Shown: positions 10,029 through 21,269, counted from the stretch's first letter. The stretch is DNA of 64,000 bases from Candidatus Nanopelagicales bacterium (GCA_028687755.1 JAQTZL010000001.1:201404-265403), one strand, 5' to 3'. Translations and numbers: made by a program. The notes: generated by a model not told the origin, from the letters alone.

Positions 10029-11096
10029 CTATTTATTGCCTACGGGAGTGCCACCTGTGCGAACGGCTTCAAAACTCAGGCTGCTCATCATCTCCAGCCA
10101 ACGAGACGGTGGCACCGCATTCGTCAAAGCCATGGCCAATAAGCGACCTAACTCGTAATCAGGATCATCTTCCAATGCAAGTGTTAACGAAATATTTGCT
10201 CGCGCACCATCGCCCATCATCCACGCGTAAATCGCGGAAACAGTCGCAACGGGTGCGCGCTTGCCTAAAGGAACACACCTCACGAGCTCACGTAAACGTG
10301 CAGCCATGGTTCCATCAATTGGTTCAGAACTGAGTTTCCATAAAACACAATCGCGAATACACACATCAGTCAGTGCGCGAGCCGTCATCGCTATCACTTC
10401 GTTGGGTAAATCATCCTGACCAAGATTCCTCCACACGACATCGATCAAATAATCACGCTGTTGTTCATCACCTAGCGCTATTCCCAACCGTGCGTTGCTC
10501 GACAAAATCTCAAGGACTGTTGTCTGCCTGTCGGAGTTTGGAAGCACTTCGGCTTCAAGGTCGGCTCGTTGAGGTACCTGGATGCATCCAGATGCTGCAA
10601 AATCTTGACAGACCTCGGCTTCAATGGCTGGGTCCAGAACTTGCCAATCATCTTGGAATGCCGCCTGACCAAAATCAAAGGCGCACCACTGATCTTCTAT
10701 AACCAACCATGCACCCATTGGATAGATGTCTCGATCAATCACACTGCGACATAGGCCTGCAACCAATGAGTCACACCAGCCGGAATGCTCAGGTGGTGAA
10801 TCTAGGAAGACTGTGATCACTACTTGGTCTGCGACGATGTTGCGAACGGCGCTCGCCACTTCATCAGCCCAAGAATGCAGATCATCTGGTGACGCATTTA
10901 CGTTGGTGCCTACATCCCCGCTGGCAATCACATCTACTCGTTGCGTCAGCTGCACTTTTCCGTGACTCAACCACATGAGCACAACACTGTTGGTGGGATG
11001 AAAGCCCAAAAGAAAAGGAATTGATGCGATCAAGTGATCGGAAGTATGGAGAACAGGAACACGAGTTTTCATTGATGTTGTCATCACCGCACTCAA
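10029..11096 (-). CDS. DUF4192 domain protein
   Basis: The N-terminal pattern LIASIPFLLGFHPTNSVVLMWL is typical of actinobacterial DUF4192. Confidence 0.65.
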   Translation of the reverse strand: MSAVMTTSMKTRVPVLHTSDHLIASIPFLLGFHPTNSVVLMWLSHGKVQLTQRVDVIASGDVGTNVNASPDDLHSWADEVASAVRNIVADQVVITVFLDSPPEHSGWCDSLVAGLCRSVIDRDIYPMGAWLVIEDQWCAFDFGQAAFQDDWQVLDPAIEAEVCQDFAASGCIQVPQRADLEAEVLPNSDRQTTVLEILSSNARLGIALGDEQQRDYLIDVVWRNLGQDDLPNEVIAMTARALTDVCIRDCVLWKLSSEPIDGTMAARLRELVRCVPLGKRAPVATVSAIYAWMMGDGARANISLTLALEDDPDYELGRLLAMALTNAVPPSRWLEMMSSLSFEAVRTGGTPVGNK

Positions 11097-11287
11097 CGAT
11101 GAAATATCGAGAAGCGCTACAAGTCAATGCGCAACTGTGGATGGAAACCACGAAAATCAACGACTGTGGAAAAACACCAAACGGCGAACAAAAAAGTGCC
11201 CGGCCGTCGAAGGCTTCCCCTCCCGCGACGACCGAGCAGTGCAAACATTAGGGGGCGCTTAGGCGCCCTCTCACAGCGACACGCCGC

Positions 11288-12361
11288 TTATGCGGCTGGT
11301 GCTGATGTGGTAGCAAATTTTTGGCCAGCTTTCTTCGTCCAAGCTACTAACGCGATGATGCCAATTGCCATCTGCGGAACGTAAGAAGTGAAACGCCAAA
11401 CTAAATCAGCAGTGCCTGCCAACGTGCTATCCACGCCGAAGGCTGTCAACAGCGAAATCATGACAGCGTCAACTGTGCCTAGACCTCCGGGCGTTATCGG
11501 GATCATCATTCCAATTTGACTGATTGCAAATGCCGCAAAAACGAGTAAGAAAGAAGTACCCGGATTTTCCCAACCCTGAAGACCTCGCAGCGCGACGTAG
11601 AGGATGAGAAATTGCGTGAATGAAACTGCAATCTGGGCAACTGTCAAAGCAGCCCAGCGACGCTTCAATACGTCATACATATTGGACCTGAATGAAACGA
11701 GTGGGCTCACTAAATCGAGATCCTTTAACTTCTTGATTCGACCTCTGAAAGGCTTGAGAATCGCGTTTCCCGCACCCCCAATCCATCGGGCGGCCTTCTC
11801 GGAACGCATGAGCAAGGTGAACCCAACTAGGACAGCAATAAGGACAACGAGGCCCACGACCGCGTACCAGATGTAATCCGACCCGTTTTCTCCGCCAATC
11901 ACGAGAGCCACAACACCCAAAATTGGGAATCCCAGCGAAATGAACGAACTCCAGATGCCTACTGCGGTAATCGCGGATGTTGCAGCGGCGGGAGGAACGT
12001 TGTACGTCGACAACATGCCGTACTGAAAGGCTAAGCCAACTGCTCCGCCGCCAGGAATTCCATTACTGATGGCAAACGCGGCCTGGTTGATCTGCTCTGA
12101 AGGCCAGAACTTCAAACCTGGGGTGGCGGCTTTAAATGGGAATCCATATGTGATCAGGTAAATAACAACGAAGATGCCGACAACTATCAAAGGTCCCCAC
12201 CCCATTTTCCGCAGTGAGTCCGCAACGCCCGCATAACCCTCATCCCCCATAATTTGGGGAATCACTCGGACGAAGATGATCACGATGAAAATGAGACCGA
12301 TCAGACCCAGGATCAGGGACTTCTTCTTATCTATTTGCGCACTGGGCGCTGGTGTCGACAT
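11288..12361 (-). CDS. flippase-like / lysylphosphatidylglycerol synthase TM-region family membrane protein (UPF0104)
   Basis: 357-aa polytopic membrane protein with a Lys-rich N-terminus. The family assignment is by overall pattern only. Confidence 0.5.
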   Translation of the reverse strand: MSTPAPSAQIDKKKSLILGLIGLIFIVIIFVRVIPQIMGDEGYAGVADSLRKMGWGPLIVVGIFVVIYLITYGFPFKAATPGLKFWPSEQINQAAFAISNGIPGGGAVGLAFQYGMLSTYNVPPAAATSAITAVGIWSSFISLGFPILGVVALVIGGENGSDYIWYAVVGLVVLIAVLVGFTLLMRSEKAARWIGGAGNAILKPFRGRIKKLKDLDLVSPLVSFRSNMYDVLKRRWAALTVAQIAVSFTQFLILYVALRGLQGWENPGTSFLLVFAAFAISQIGMMIPITPGGLGTVDAVMISLLTAFGVDSTLAGTADLVWRFTSYVPQMAIGIIALVAWTKKAGQKFATTSAPAA

Positions 12362-12438
12362 GCAGGCAAGACTCCCACAGAAATCGGCAAATGGGGGTCA
12401 ATGTCAGGCCCCAAAATCCCATTGGGCAGGATGCAGTC

Positions 12439-13074
12439 ATGCGGCTTGACCACATCTCATATGCCTGTACCTCCAGCGAACTTCCTGACGTCGTTCAGCG
12501 CATTGGCGCGGACTTAGGAGCCTCGTTCCGCGACGGTGGCAGACACCCGCAATTTGGTACCCGTAACTTCATTTTGCCGTTGGCAAATGGGTGCTACATC
12601 GAAGTTGTTTCAGCTCTTGATCACCCCGCTGCCGCCAAGGCACCGTTTGGTCGCGCAGTGAGCAAGTTCGCCCAAGATGGCGGCGGTTGGATGAGTTGGG
12701 TTGTCTCTGCAGACGACATCGCCCCGATCGAAGAGCGCCTTGGCCGTGAGGCCACACCAGGCCACCGGATCCGTCCAGATGGCGTGCGGTTGGAATGGAA
12801 GCAAATCGGACTGTTGAACACGATGGAAGATCCACAACTTCCGTTCTTCGTGCAGTGGCTCAGCGATCCAGCTCAGCACCCATCATCTGGCGCAACAGAC
12901 ATCACTGTTGCTCGCATTGAAATCTCAGGAGACCCCGCCACCGTGAACCCTTGGATCGACGGTTCATTCATGGATGTCATGGATGGCGTCTACGTTGAAT
13001 GGGTTGATGCTGAGGAGCCAGGCGTGGTTGGAGTTGTCTTCAACACGCCAAACGGACTCGTCCGCATCGATTAA
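12439..13074 (+). CDS. VOC/glyoxalase-like domain protein
   Basis: I moved the start to MRLDHISYAC to remove the overlap with the upstream divergent gene. The pattern is glyoxalase-like. Confidence 0.55.
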   Translation: MRLDHISYACTSSELPDVVQRIGADLGASFRDGGRHPQFGTRNFILPLANGCYIEVVSALDHPAAAKAPFGRAVSKFAQDGGGWMSWVVSADDIAPIEERLGREATPGHRIRPDGVRLEWKQIGLLNTMEDPQLPFFVQWLSDPAQHPSSGATDITVARIEISGDPATVNPWIDGSFMDVMDGVYVEWVDAEEPGVVGVVFNTPNGLVRID

Positions 13075-13179
13075 CTCTGGCGCTGCACCAATCCACCAAG
13101 TTCTGCCACAAAGCACCGCCGTTTTTGCCCGTTGATGGTCTAGCGTTCCCACTAATGACCTTCGAAGGGGTTTGAGCTC

Positions 13180-14271
13180 ATGGCTAACGAAGAAAACGTT
13201 CCAGACACGTTGCGCACCCTTGCTGGGTTCACCTGGCGCATATTGGTAGTAGTCGCGGGCCTTGCCTTCGTGCTGTATATCTTCAATTCGATTTTCCCAG
13301 TGATCTTCGCGTTGTTCTTTGCGCTCTTGGTCACCGCCTGGGCGCAGCCAGTCATGAATCTTTATAACAAATTGCTTCCCAAGGTTGTTTCGCTCATTCT
13401 TGCACTCATCACGATTACCGCCTTGATCGTGGTCATCCTCGGCTCAGTGATCAAGTCCAGTATCGATGAGGGACCAAAACTGGTGGCCTCCATTGGAACC
13501 GGCCTCAATGAAGTTGAATCTTGGTTGAAGACCGGCCCGCTAGGTCTCTCTAACGATCAGTTCTCATCCCTCATCACCAATCTTCAAAATTGGGGAACGT
13601 CAATCCTCAAAGGCTTCGCCGGTGACGCGTTCGGTGCCCTTGGTTCCATCGGAACTCTGATCATTGCTGGGTCAGTCTTTATTTTCGGCGTCATTTTCTT
13701 CCTTATGGCACCGCAGAGTATTTGGAACTGGCTTATGGCCTGGATCCCAAAGAATTTGCGCACCCACCTGGATGTTTCCGGCCATATTGCTTGGGATGCA
13801 ATTTCCGGTTACACCCGCGGCATCGTGGTGATCGCGTTCTTAGATGCGGTTTTAGTGTTCATCGGTCTCCTGATTCTTCAAGTCCCCCTGGCTCCAGCTC
13901 TGGCAGCAGTGGTGTTCCTTGGCGCCTTCATTCCTGTCATTGGTGCACCAATCGCAACCTTCTTCGCTGCGATCGTCGCCCTCGCTGAAAATGGTCCAGT
14001 CACTGCGCTACTCGTGATCGGGCTTACCGTTGTTGTCGGAAGCTTCGATGGTGACGTGATGCAACCACTCGTGATGGGTAAGGCAGTCAATTTGCATCCA
14101 CTGGCAATTGTCATCGTCATCGCCGCCGGATCGATTGCGCTGGGCATTGTTGGCGCCTTGATCGCGGTTCCCATCGCAGGCGCGATCTATGGTGTGGCCA
14201 AGTACGTCACTGGCCGAGATCCTGAGCATCCCTATAAGCCCACTGAACCATTCGATCACTCAACTGCGTAA
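13180..14271 (+). CDS. AI-2E family transporter (PerM-like)
   Basis: 363 aa with about 8 TM segments and an architecture typical of the AI-2E family. Confidence 0.75.
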   Translation: MANEENVPDTLRTLAGFTWRILVVVAGLAFVLYIFNSIFPVIFALFFALLVTAWAQPVMNLYNKLLPKVVSLILALITITALIVVILGSVIKSSIDEGPKLVASIGTGLNEVESWLKTGPLGLSNDQFSSLITNLQNWGTSILKGFAGDAFGALGSIGTLIIAGSVFIFGVIFFLMAPQSIWNWLMAWIPKNLRTHLDVSGHIAWDAISGYTRGIVVIAFLDAVLVFIGLLILQVPLAPALAAVVFLGAFIPVIGAPIATFFAAIVALAENGPVTALLVIGLTVVVGSFDGDVMQPLVMGKAVNLHPLAIVIVIAAGSIALGIVGALIAVPIAGAIYGVAKYVTGRDPEHPYKPTEPFDHSTA

Positions 14272-14672
14272 TCGCAGCCAATCACTGATCGGGCACCTGT
14301 TTCGTCATACCAGTAGATCGCAAACTGTGCGAAGGCAGCGGCGAGTTCACATGCCCGCTCTTGACTGATCCCCCACACCAAGAATCCTGGCTCAGTGAAG
14401 GTTCCATCGGGTGCAGTGTTCAATGATTGCCAGATGCCGAATCCGGATAACACCAGGCGCGTACGCAGTTGCTCGTTGCGCTGCTCATTGACTTGCCTTG
14501 AGTACTGAACGAATCCAGGGTTGCACGCGGTTATGACCGCACACGCTTCATCTCGAAGAACGCAATACAGTGCCGGATCACTCCAAGCTGACTCCAGATC
14601 GGCTACTTCAGGATCCAGCGCTGCCACGATTCCTGCCTCGTAGAGAGCAAATAACGCCTTGCGATCGTTCAT
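14256..14672 (-). CDS. DUF3293 domain protein
   Basis: The ITACNPG ... EPGFLVWGI pattern is present. The start is set at the internal ATG (MNDRKALF). Confidence 0.55.
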   Translation of the reverse strand: MNDRKALFALYEAGIVAALDPEVADLESAWSDPALYCVLRDEACAVITACNPGFVQYSRQVNEQRNEQLRTRLVLSGFGIWQSLNTAPDGTFTEPGFLVWGISQERACELAAAFAQFAIYWYDETGARSVIGCDYAVE

Positions 14673-14790
14673 CTTCGCCACTCTATCGAGAAATTTTCCG
14701 AACTGCTGAGTGCGGTGAACACGGCTCGTGGCAGACTGTTGGCCCTTCATCGGACATTACCGAGAATGGGCGCTGTTACAAGGGGGTGCA

Positions 14791-16938
14791 ATGGACCGAT
14801 CGCTTCAAGACGAGCAAGCGTACGTCGATCATTGCTATGCCCTCCTAGCCGCATACGTCGACCATCTCGAGGAACGTATTAATACGACCTCGCACCAGCT
14901 CAGTACTGGCACGGGCCAAGATGACCTTGAACGTGAGGCCATGATGGACAACCTCACCGCTCAAATTCGCCAGGCTCGCGCTTCAGATACCCGGTTATGT
15001 TTTGGTCGCATCGACGGTGAATTTGGTAGCCACCACATCGGGCGCATCGGCCTTCGAGACGCTGCCGGTGACCCAGCCTTGATTGACTGGCGAGCGCCAA
15101 ATGCCGCGCCGTTCTATCAAGCAACCTTTGCCAATCCGCAAGGCATCAAACTACGCCGCCGCATCGTGTTACGTGATCGCACAGTGACACATGTAGAAGA
15201 TGAAATTCTCAACGACCCCACGTTGACTGAATCGCGAGCAGCGGCTGCAGCACTGGATGCGCCACGAGATGGTCGCATGGGCGACATCATCGCAACCATT
15301 GCCGCGGATCAGGATTCCATTATTCGCAGCCCCTTGAACCAACTCACTGTCGTGCAAGGCGGTCCAGGAACAGGCAAGACAGTTGTCGCTCTGCACCGAG
15401 CAGCTTGGTTGCTCTATACCTTCAGAGACAAATTGGCACGCGATGGTGTTTTGATTGTTGGGCCTTCTCCCACGTTTTTGCATTACATCGATCAAGTACT
15501 GCCTAGCCTTGGCGAGACGGATGTCGTTCTTCTGACACCTGGTCAGCTGTATCCCGGCATTGATGCTCGAATCCATGATGCTGACGAAGTATCAGCAGTC
15601 AAAGGCGATCCTCGAATGGCACAGGTCATTGCGCAAGCAGTAAAGCAGCGCAGGAGAATCCCTAAAAGTGATGTAGTCATCGCTCTAGAAGATCGATCAC
15701 AGGTAAAAATCACTGCGCGACAACTTCAGGACGCCGAGCGTTCTGTTGGTCGTCATCAAAGTTTCCACGGTGGCCGCGATCCATTTTTGCTGCGCGCACT
15801 TGATTATTTGGCTGGATACCGTGCAAAGCAACGAGGTGAAGATTCAGGGGATGCGGATCTGCGCAAGGATTACGTCAGTGAACTTGTGGAAGACAAAAAC
15901 ATTCGACGTGAACTTAACTCAATGTGGTTACCTATCAAGCCTGAGGATTTCATTCGTCGCTTGCTCAGTGATCCATGGATGCTTGCCGATGCGGCCGATG
16001 GCATTTTGAATGCACGTGAACAACTCAGCATTTTGCGCGACCCATTAGCTCCATGGACGATCGATGACATTCCATTAATTGATGAAGCCGCCGAACTTCT
16101 TGGCCCGTGGGATCCCGAATCCGCACGCGCCAGCGCACGTGAATCCGCCGAGCTCCGCCACGAACTTCAACATGCCTCTGCAGCTTTGGCGAACACCGAT
16201 ATGGGCGGCTGGATCGATGCAGCCGGTCTCGTGGGGCGCATGAATAGTTCCAGTGAACGCCGCTCAGTTGCTGAATTGGCGTCAGCAGATCGCACCTGGG
16301 TCTACGGCCACATCGTGGTGGACGAAGCCCAAGAGCTGTCACGCATGGCCTGGCGAGTACTTTCACGCCGGGCTACTCGCAAATCCATGACTATCGTGGG
16401 TGACGTTCAACAAACCAGTCATCCCGCTGGCGCACGCAATTGGGAAGAAGCCCTTGGCGGCGTCAAAGGCAAGCCCGATCTCCACGTACTGACAGTCACG
16501 TACCGCATCACTTCGCAGATTGCAGATGTCGCTACCGCACTGCTCACCGCAGCAGGCGGCGATGCACCTGAGTTGCATCCTGTGCGTGACGGTGCGCCAG
16601 TAGTTGAGCACATGCTGAAACCAGATCAACTCGCACACATCATTACCAGCACTGTTGCTGATCTCGCTGGCCGCACAGCTGTCATTGTTCCCGATGATCA
16701 AATTGATCAACTCGCGCAAGTTCTTCTTGCGGCAAGCGACGAATTTGGCATTGGTGATTCCGCTTTGGACGCACCAATAGCTATTTTGACAGCACGTGAC
16801 ACCAAGGGACTGGAGTTCGATGTTGTCTTTGTGATCGACCCCGAAGGAATGTCACAGCAAACCAAACGAGGCGCAGATCTCTATGTGGCGGCTACTCGCG
16901 CAACTCAAGTGATGCACCTGGTGCGTTGGCAGCGCTAG
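14791..16938 (+). CDS. HelD/UvrD-like superfamily 1 helicase
   Basis: Walker A motif VVQGGPGTGKT, a DEAQE box (VVDEAQELS) and a C-terminal UvrD-like motif (GLEFDVVFV) are present. The start is moved to 14791. Confidence 0.75.
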   Translation: MDRSLQDEQAYVDHCYALLAAYVDHLEERINTTSHQLSTGTGQDDLEREAMMDNLTAQIRQARASDTRLCFGRIDGEFGSHHIGRIGLRDAAGDPALIDWRAPNAAPFYQATFANPQGIKLRRRIVLRDRTVTHVEDEILNDPTLTESRAAAAALDAPRDGRMGDIIATIAADQDSIIRSPLNQLTVVQGGPGTGKTVVALHRAAWLLYTFRDKLARDGVLIVGPSPTFLHYIDQVLPSLGETDVVLLTPGQLYPGIDARIHDADEVSAVKGDPRMAQVIAQAVKQRRRIPKSDVVIALEDRSQVKITARQLQDAERSVGRHQSFHGGRDPFLLRALDYLAGYRAKQRGEDSGDADLRKDYVSELVEDKNIRRELNSMWLPIKPEDFIRRLLSDPWMLADAADGILNAREQLSILRDPLAPWTIDDIPLIDEAAELLGPWDPESARASARESAELRHELQHASAALANTDMGGWIDAAGLVGRMNSSSERRSVAELASADRTWVYGHIVVDEAQELSRMAWRVLSRRATRKSMTIVGDVQQTSHPAGARNWEEALGGVKGKPDLHVLTVTYRITSQIADVATALLTAAGGDAPELHPVRDGAPVVEHMLKPDQLAHIITSTVADLAGRTAVIVPDDQIDQLAQVLLAASDEFGIGDSALDAPIAILTARDTKGLEFDVVFVIDPEGMSQQTKRGADLYVAATRATQVMHLVRWQR

Positions 16939-17876
16939 TCGCCCAAATATTTGGCAAGGAACTCTGCACGCTGACGAAATACCCGCGGCAATAACTCGGG
17001 GCTAAAGACTTCAAAACCATGTGGCGCACCGTGCCGAAGGTGGAATTCCACGTCCACGCCCGCTGCTTGGAGATCGTTTGCAAACTTTTCATCTTCATCA
17101 CGGAATAAATCAAGTGTGCCAACCTCAACATACGTTGGTGGAAGCCCTCCAAGATTCGTTGCACGTGCTGGCGCGGCATACTCAGGAACATCATCTGTAC
17201 CTGCCTTGCCTTCAAGAAGGGCATTCCAACCAGTCTGATTATCAGCAACGGTCCACGTGAGAAATTTCGATGCCATTGTTCCGGCACTGTCAGTGCGATC
17301 ATCAAGCATCGGATACACCAATAGCTGACAAGCGATTGGGTGCTCCCCCGCATCTCGCAATCGCAAACTCACACCAGCAGCGATACCGCCGCCAGCACTT
17401 TCGCCGACTAATCCAATGCGCGCGCGATCAATATTGAGTTCACCTGCATGCGAATGCGCCCAAGCGATTGCTTCAATGACGTCGTCTTGTTGTGCTGGGT
17501 AGGGATGCTCTGGTGCGAGTCGGTAGCCAACTGAGAGCGCTGTGATGCCGGTGCGCTCGACATAGCGGGAAACCGTGAGGTGATTGGAATCTATGGATCC
17601 CATAATCATGCCGCCACCATGGACAAACACCATCAGGCCACGATTTGTCGAGCCCTTCTTGCGATACACCCGAGCTGGAATGCGCTGACCATGGCGCCCC
17701 GTGACCACAATGTCAGTGGTGGTGAGTTCAGCATGAACATCGTCGAGAGCAGCTAACTTCTCATCGAATTCACGATAGGCCGTACGGCGTGATTCAACAT
17801 CGCCCACGCCACCGGTTGAGCCTTTGCGCATGCCCAACCCAAGCTTGACCGATTCAGTGATTCTCTTCAGCTTCAC
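16935..17876 (-). CDS. alpha/beta hydrolase, hormone-sensitive-lipase-like esterase
   Basis: HGGG oxyanion motif (VFVHGGGMIMG) and nucleophile elbow GESAGG. Its stop overlaps the helicase stop (CTAG). Confidence 0.8.
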   Translation of the reverse strand: MKLKRITESVKLGLGMRKGSTGGVGDVESRRTAYREFDEKLAALDDVHAELTTTDIVVTGRHGQRIPARVYRKKGSTNRGLMVFVHGGGMIMGSIDSNHLTVSRYVERTGITALSVGYRLAPEHPYPAQQDDVIEAIAWAHSHAGELNIDRARIGLVGESAGGGIAAGVSLRLRDAGEHPIACQLLVYPMLDDRTDSAGTMASKFLTWTVADNQTGWNALLEGKAGTDDVPEYAAPARATNLGGLPPTYVEVGTLDLFRDEDEKFANDLQAAGVDVEFHLRHGAPHGFEVFSPELLPRVFRQRAEFLAKYLGD

Positions 17877-17921
17877 ACAATGATGCTAGGCCATCTGAGT
17901 GTCAAGGCCCATGCACCGCAC

Positions 17922-18958
17922 TTAGGAACGTCGACGATTTCCTCGCTTGAAGGCTGGATTTGGAGCGCTATGGCTCATCCCCGGAGCCATGTAGCCCACT
18001 GGGCAGATCGCGTCGATGGCATCCAAGGTGGCAGCATCGAGGGTGACATCTGATGCCGCAATGGCATCGTCAAGCTGTGCACGTGTGCGCGGCCCGATAA
18101 TCGTGGCTGTGATAGCAGGGTGAGCATCCACGAAGCCATAGGCCAATTGCGTCAGAGTGATTCCAGCATTCTGGGCGACCTCATCGAGGCGTTCAACAAG
18201 GTCATACCTGGCATCAAGAACTTCAGGTTGTTCTTCCAACTTGGACATGCGGGCAAAGTTGCCACCGCTGCCAAATCGTGAATCCTTGGGTAAACCAATC
18301 TCGCGACGATACTTTCCAGTGAGCCAACCACCTGCCAGTGGACTCCAAGGAATCACACCCATGTTGTGGCGCGCAGCGGTCGGCAACACATCCGTTTCAA
18401 TCCCGCGGGCAAAGATTGAGTACTGCGGCTGTTCGCAGATAAACCGTTGCGTATTGCGGCGACGTGCGGCCCACTGTGCTTCCACAATCCACTCGGCCGG
18501 GTAGGTGGACGAACCTATGTAACGCACCTTGCCCTGTTGAACAAGCCATGACATTGCATCCATGATTTCTTCAATGTCCACATCCCAATCCAGACGATGA
18601 ACTTGATACAAATCTATGTAGTCAGTGTTCAGTCGACGAAGTGAATCCTCACAGGCCTGGATCACCCAGCGTCGTGACGTGCCACGACGGTTCAGCCTTG
18701 CCCAATTGGGTTGAACACCTTGGTCGCCACGATGGCATCGTCACGGCGACCAGCAAGCGCCTTACCAAGAATTATTTCGCTTTCACCTTGTGAATAGGCG
18801 TCGGCCGTGTCAATGAAATTGATGCCTGAATCCATTGCATGATGAATCTGAGAAATGCAGTCGTCGTGATCGGTGTTACCCATCGCTCCGTACATCATTG
18901 TTCCAAGACATTGAGTACTTACTTCAATACCAGTGGTTCCAAGTTTGCGGTAACGCAT
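17922..18958 (-). pseudogene. aldo/keto reductase interrupted by a 1-nt frameshift
   Basis: Two adjacent ORFs (18692..18958 and 17922..18665) together give one full AKR. The first ends ...ATKVFNPIGQG and the second continues NRRGTSRRWVIQACEDSLRRL... in another frame, with the junction near 18692-18697. Confidence 0.75.
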
Positions 18959-19006
18959 ACGTTCTCCTTCATCATCACGATTGAAGAGTGCTTACCGTAC
19001 AAGAAT

Positions 19007-19828
19007 CTAGGCATCGCGACGGGCGAATAGCCAAGCTGCCACCGCAATACTGAGCACAACCCAGCCAACAAACACACAGATACCTGGCACCAACGCTAAT
19101 AAATCAGCGCGAACCGTAACTTCGGTAAATGGAGCCGCAGCATTAGATGGCAAATACTTCAACACAGAGCGCCAGCTTTCCGGCAACAATGATGTGAGCA
19201 GTGCAGGAAGAATCAGCACTCCGCCGATCACTGTGGCAATAGCTCCAGGCATAGAGCGCATGGCTATACCAAGCGCTAAACCAATAACCGCCATACCCGT
19301 GATGTACCCAGCAAGGCCAATCAATACTCGTTGTGCTGTGCTGTCCGACAACGAAACCGTGGCTTCTCCCGCACCGGATAACACGGCCATCCCTAGGTAA
19401 AACGCACCAAGCCCAGCCAAGATGGCAACAGGCAGCACAAAGGCCACCAACATCAACACTTTTGCCCACAGCACTGGAAGGCGCTTTGGAACAAAGGCCA
19501 AGGTGGTGCGGATCATTCCGCTTCCGTATTCGCGCGCACCAGCAAGCACTCCGAACACGGCCATGATGAGCAGCGCGAATCCTGCACCAGTCAACACTGT
19601 GGTGACCGGATCAAGACCGAAGCCTCGTGGCGGGCCGCCTTGTGCGTCGTTAATCTGGCCGGTTGACGCTAATGCAGCGATTGCGCCAAAAGCAATAAAA
19701 AGAATCAACATTGAACCCAACAAAATCCACGTTGAACGCAGTGTGCGTAGTTTGATGAACTCCGAACGCAGAACTCGACCAAAACTAAGACCGGCATGTG
19801 CAGGAATTTCATGTGTTGAGCGACTCAT
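19007..19828 (-). CDS. ABC-2 type transporter permease
   Basis: 273 aa with six predicted TM segments. It overlaps the upstream ATPase gene by 4 nt. Confidence 0.7.
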   Translation of the reverse strand: MSRSTHEIPAHAGLSFGRVLRSEFIKLRTLRSTWILLGSMLILFIAFGAIAALASTGQINDAQGGPPRGFGLDPVTTVLTGAGFALLIMAVFGVLAGAREYGSGMIRTTLAFVPKRLPVLWAKVLMLVAFVLPVAILAGLGAFYLGMAVLSGAGEATVSLSDSTAQRVLIGLAGYITGMAVIGLALGIAMRSMPGAIATVIGGVLILPALLTSLLPESWRSVLKYLPSNAAAPFTEVTVRADLLALVPGICVFVGWVVLSIAVAAWLFARRDA

Positions 19829-20739
19829 GCTGCAACCTCGCCCGTGTGGAATTGAACAGAATCTTTGGTCAACTCCATAAAGGCAGCTTCGAGTGACACA
19901 CTCAATGGCGTCAGTTCAAGCACAACTATTCCCGCACCAAATGCTGCTTGCCCGATCTCAGCCGCCTGAAGTCCAGTGACGATTAATGCTCCATGATGAT
20001 CCAGCTCAAAGCCATTTGCTCGATCCGCTAGCACCCCCTGGAGCGCTGCAGCATCTGAGCAGAGCACGCGCACGCGATTGGATGACCACGATTCAATGAA
20101 TTGAGTCATGGTGGTATCGGCCAAAATCTTTCCGCGACCGATGATGATCAATTGATCGGCAATGAGTTCCATCTCGGTCATCAAATGTGAACTCAGAAAC
20201 ACGGTGCGACCTTCGTCAGCCAAGGCACGCAGCAGATTTCGAATCCAAAGCACGCCATCAGGATCAAGGCCATTAACCGGCTCATCAAGCATCACGATTC
20301 CAGGGTCGCCCAACAACGCGACTGCAATTCCTAGCCGTTGACCCATGCCTAGCGAAAACCCGCCGGCTTTTTGGCGCGCAACATCACTGAGACCCACTAG
20401 AGCGAGTACTTCATCGACACGGGCTGCGCCAATGCCCGCAGATGCCCCTAGGGCTAACAGATGGTTGCGCGCTGAACGGGCCTTATCAAAACCCTTGGCC
20501 TCCAGCAACGCACCGATTTCATGTACCGGAGCACCTGACTTGCGATACGCCGCTCCATTGACCAGAACCGAACCTTGTGTTGGTCGATCAAGCCCCAGAA
20601 TCATCCGCATCGTGGTCGATTTCCCTGCGCCATTTGGTCCAAGGAACCCGGTGACTAACCCTGGATGAACGGTGAAGGAAATGTCATCAACAGCCGTGAC
20701 ACTCCCGTATTGCTTACTCAGGTTGCGGACTTCAATCAT
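19825..20739 (-). CDS. ABC transporter ATP-binding protein
   Basis: Walker A GPNGAGKST, signature FSLGMGQR and Walker B VMLDEP are present. Confidence 0.9.
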   Translation of the reverse strand: MIEVRNLSKQYGSVTAVDDISFTVHPGLVTGFLGPNGAGKSTTMRMILGLDRPTQGSVLVNGAAYRKSGAPVHEIGALLEAKGFDKARSARNHLLALGASAGIGAARVDEVLALVGLSDVARQKAGGFSLGMGQRLGIAVALLGDPGIVMLDEPVNGLDPDGVLWIRNLLRALADEGRTVFLSSHLMTEMELIADQLIIIGRGKILADTTMTQFIESWSSNRVRVLCSDAAALQGVLADRANGFELDHHGALIVTGLQAAEIGQAAFGAGIVVLELTPLSVSLEAAFMELTKDSVQFHTGEVAA

Positions 20740-20832
20740 CTCCCCACACTAACCTTTCAATTGCCAAACATGGGAACCCCTCGTGTACGAGCACCGTCTG
20801 AGTTTCAAGATTCCACAACCAAAGGATGAATC

Positions 20833-21243
20833 ATGCGTAAGACCACAGCCCTTCTTGCCGGCTCCATCGCTGTTGTTGGCGCCTGCGCCCTCATCGCCCC
20901 AAGCGCCATGGCCGCTACCGCAACCCCAACTCCAACTCCAAGCACGTCAACTGGGGCAATGGTGGGCACGAATCCGGGCACCTGGACTCCAGTTACTGTC
21001 AAGAAGGCAGCAAAGGGTTCAACCATTAAATTGGTCAAGGATCAGGCTTTTATTTTCCATGGTTTCGTTGACAAGGTGAAGTTCAAATCCAGCAACCCAA
21101 AGGTTGTAGTTGTCACTAATGCTGAAGGTAAAGGCACCTACACCGCTTCAGCTGGCGGACATGCAGTCGCTCCAGGTACCGCCAAGGTCACTGCAACCAA
21201 TGGCAAGACTGTTGTGGCTACCTATACCTTTGAAGTGAAGTAA
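20833..21243 (+). CDS. secreted Ig-like (Big_2-type) domain protein
   Basis: Signal peptide, a Thr/Pro linker, and then SSNPKVVVV...APGTAKVTAT, which resembles bacterial Ig-like group 2 domains. Confidence 0.55.
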   Translation: MRKTTALLAGSIAVVGACALIAPSAMAATATPTPTPSTSTGAMVGTNPGTWTPVTVKKAAKGSTIKLVKDQAFIFHGFVDKVKFKSSNPKVVVVTNAEGKGTYTASAGGHAVAPGTAKVTATNGKTVVATYTFEVK

Positions 21244-21269
21244 CACAACAATTCAGCACTAAAGCAAAT

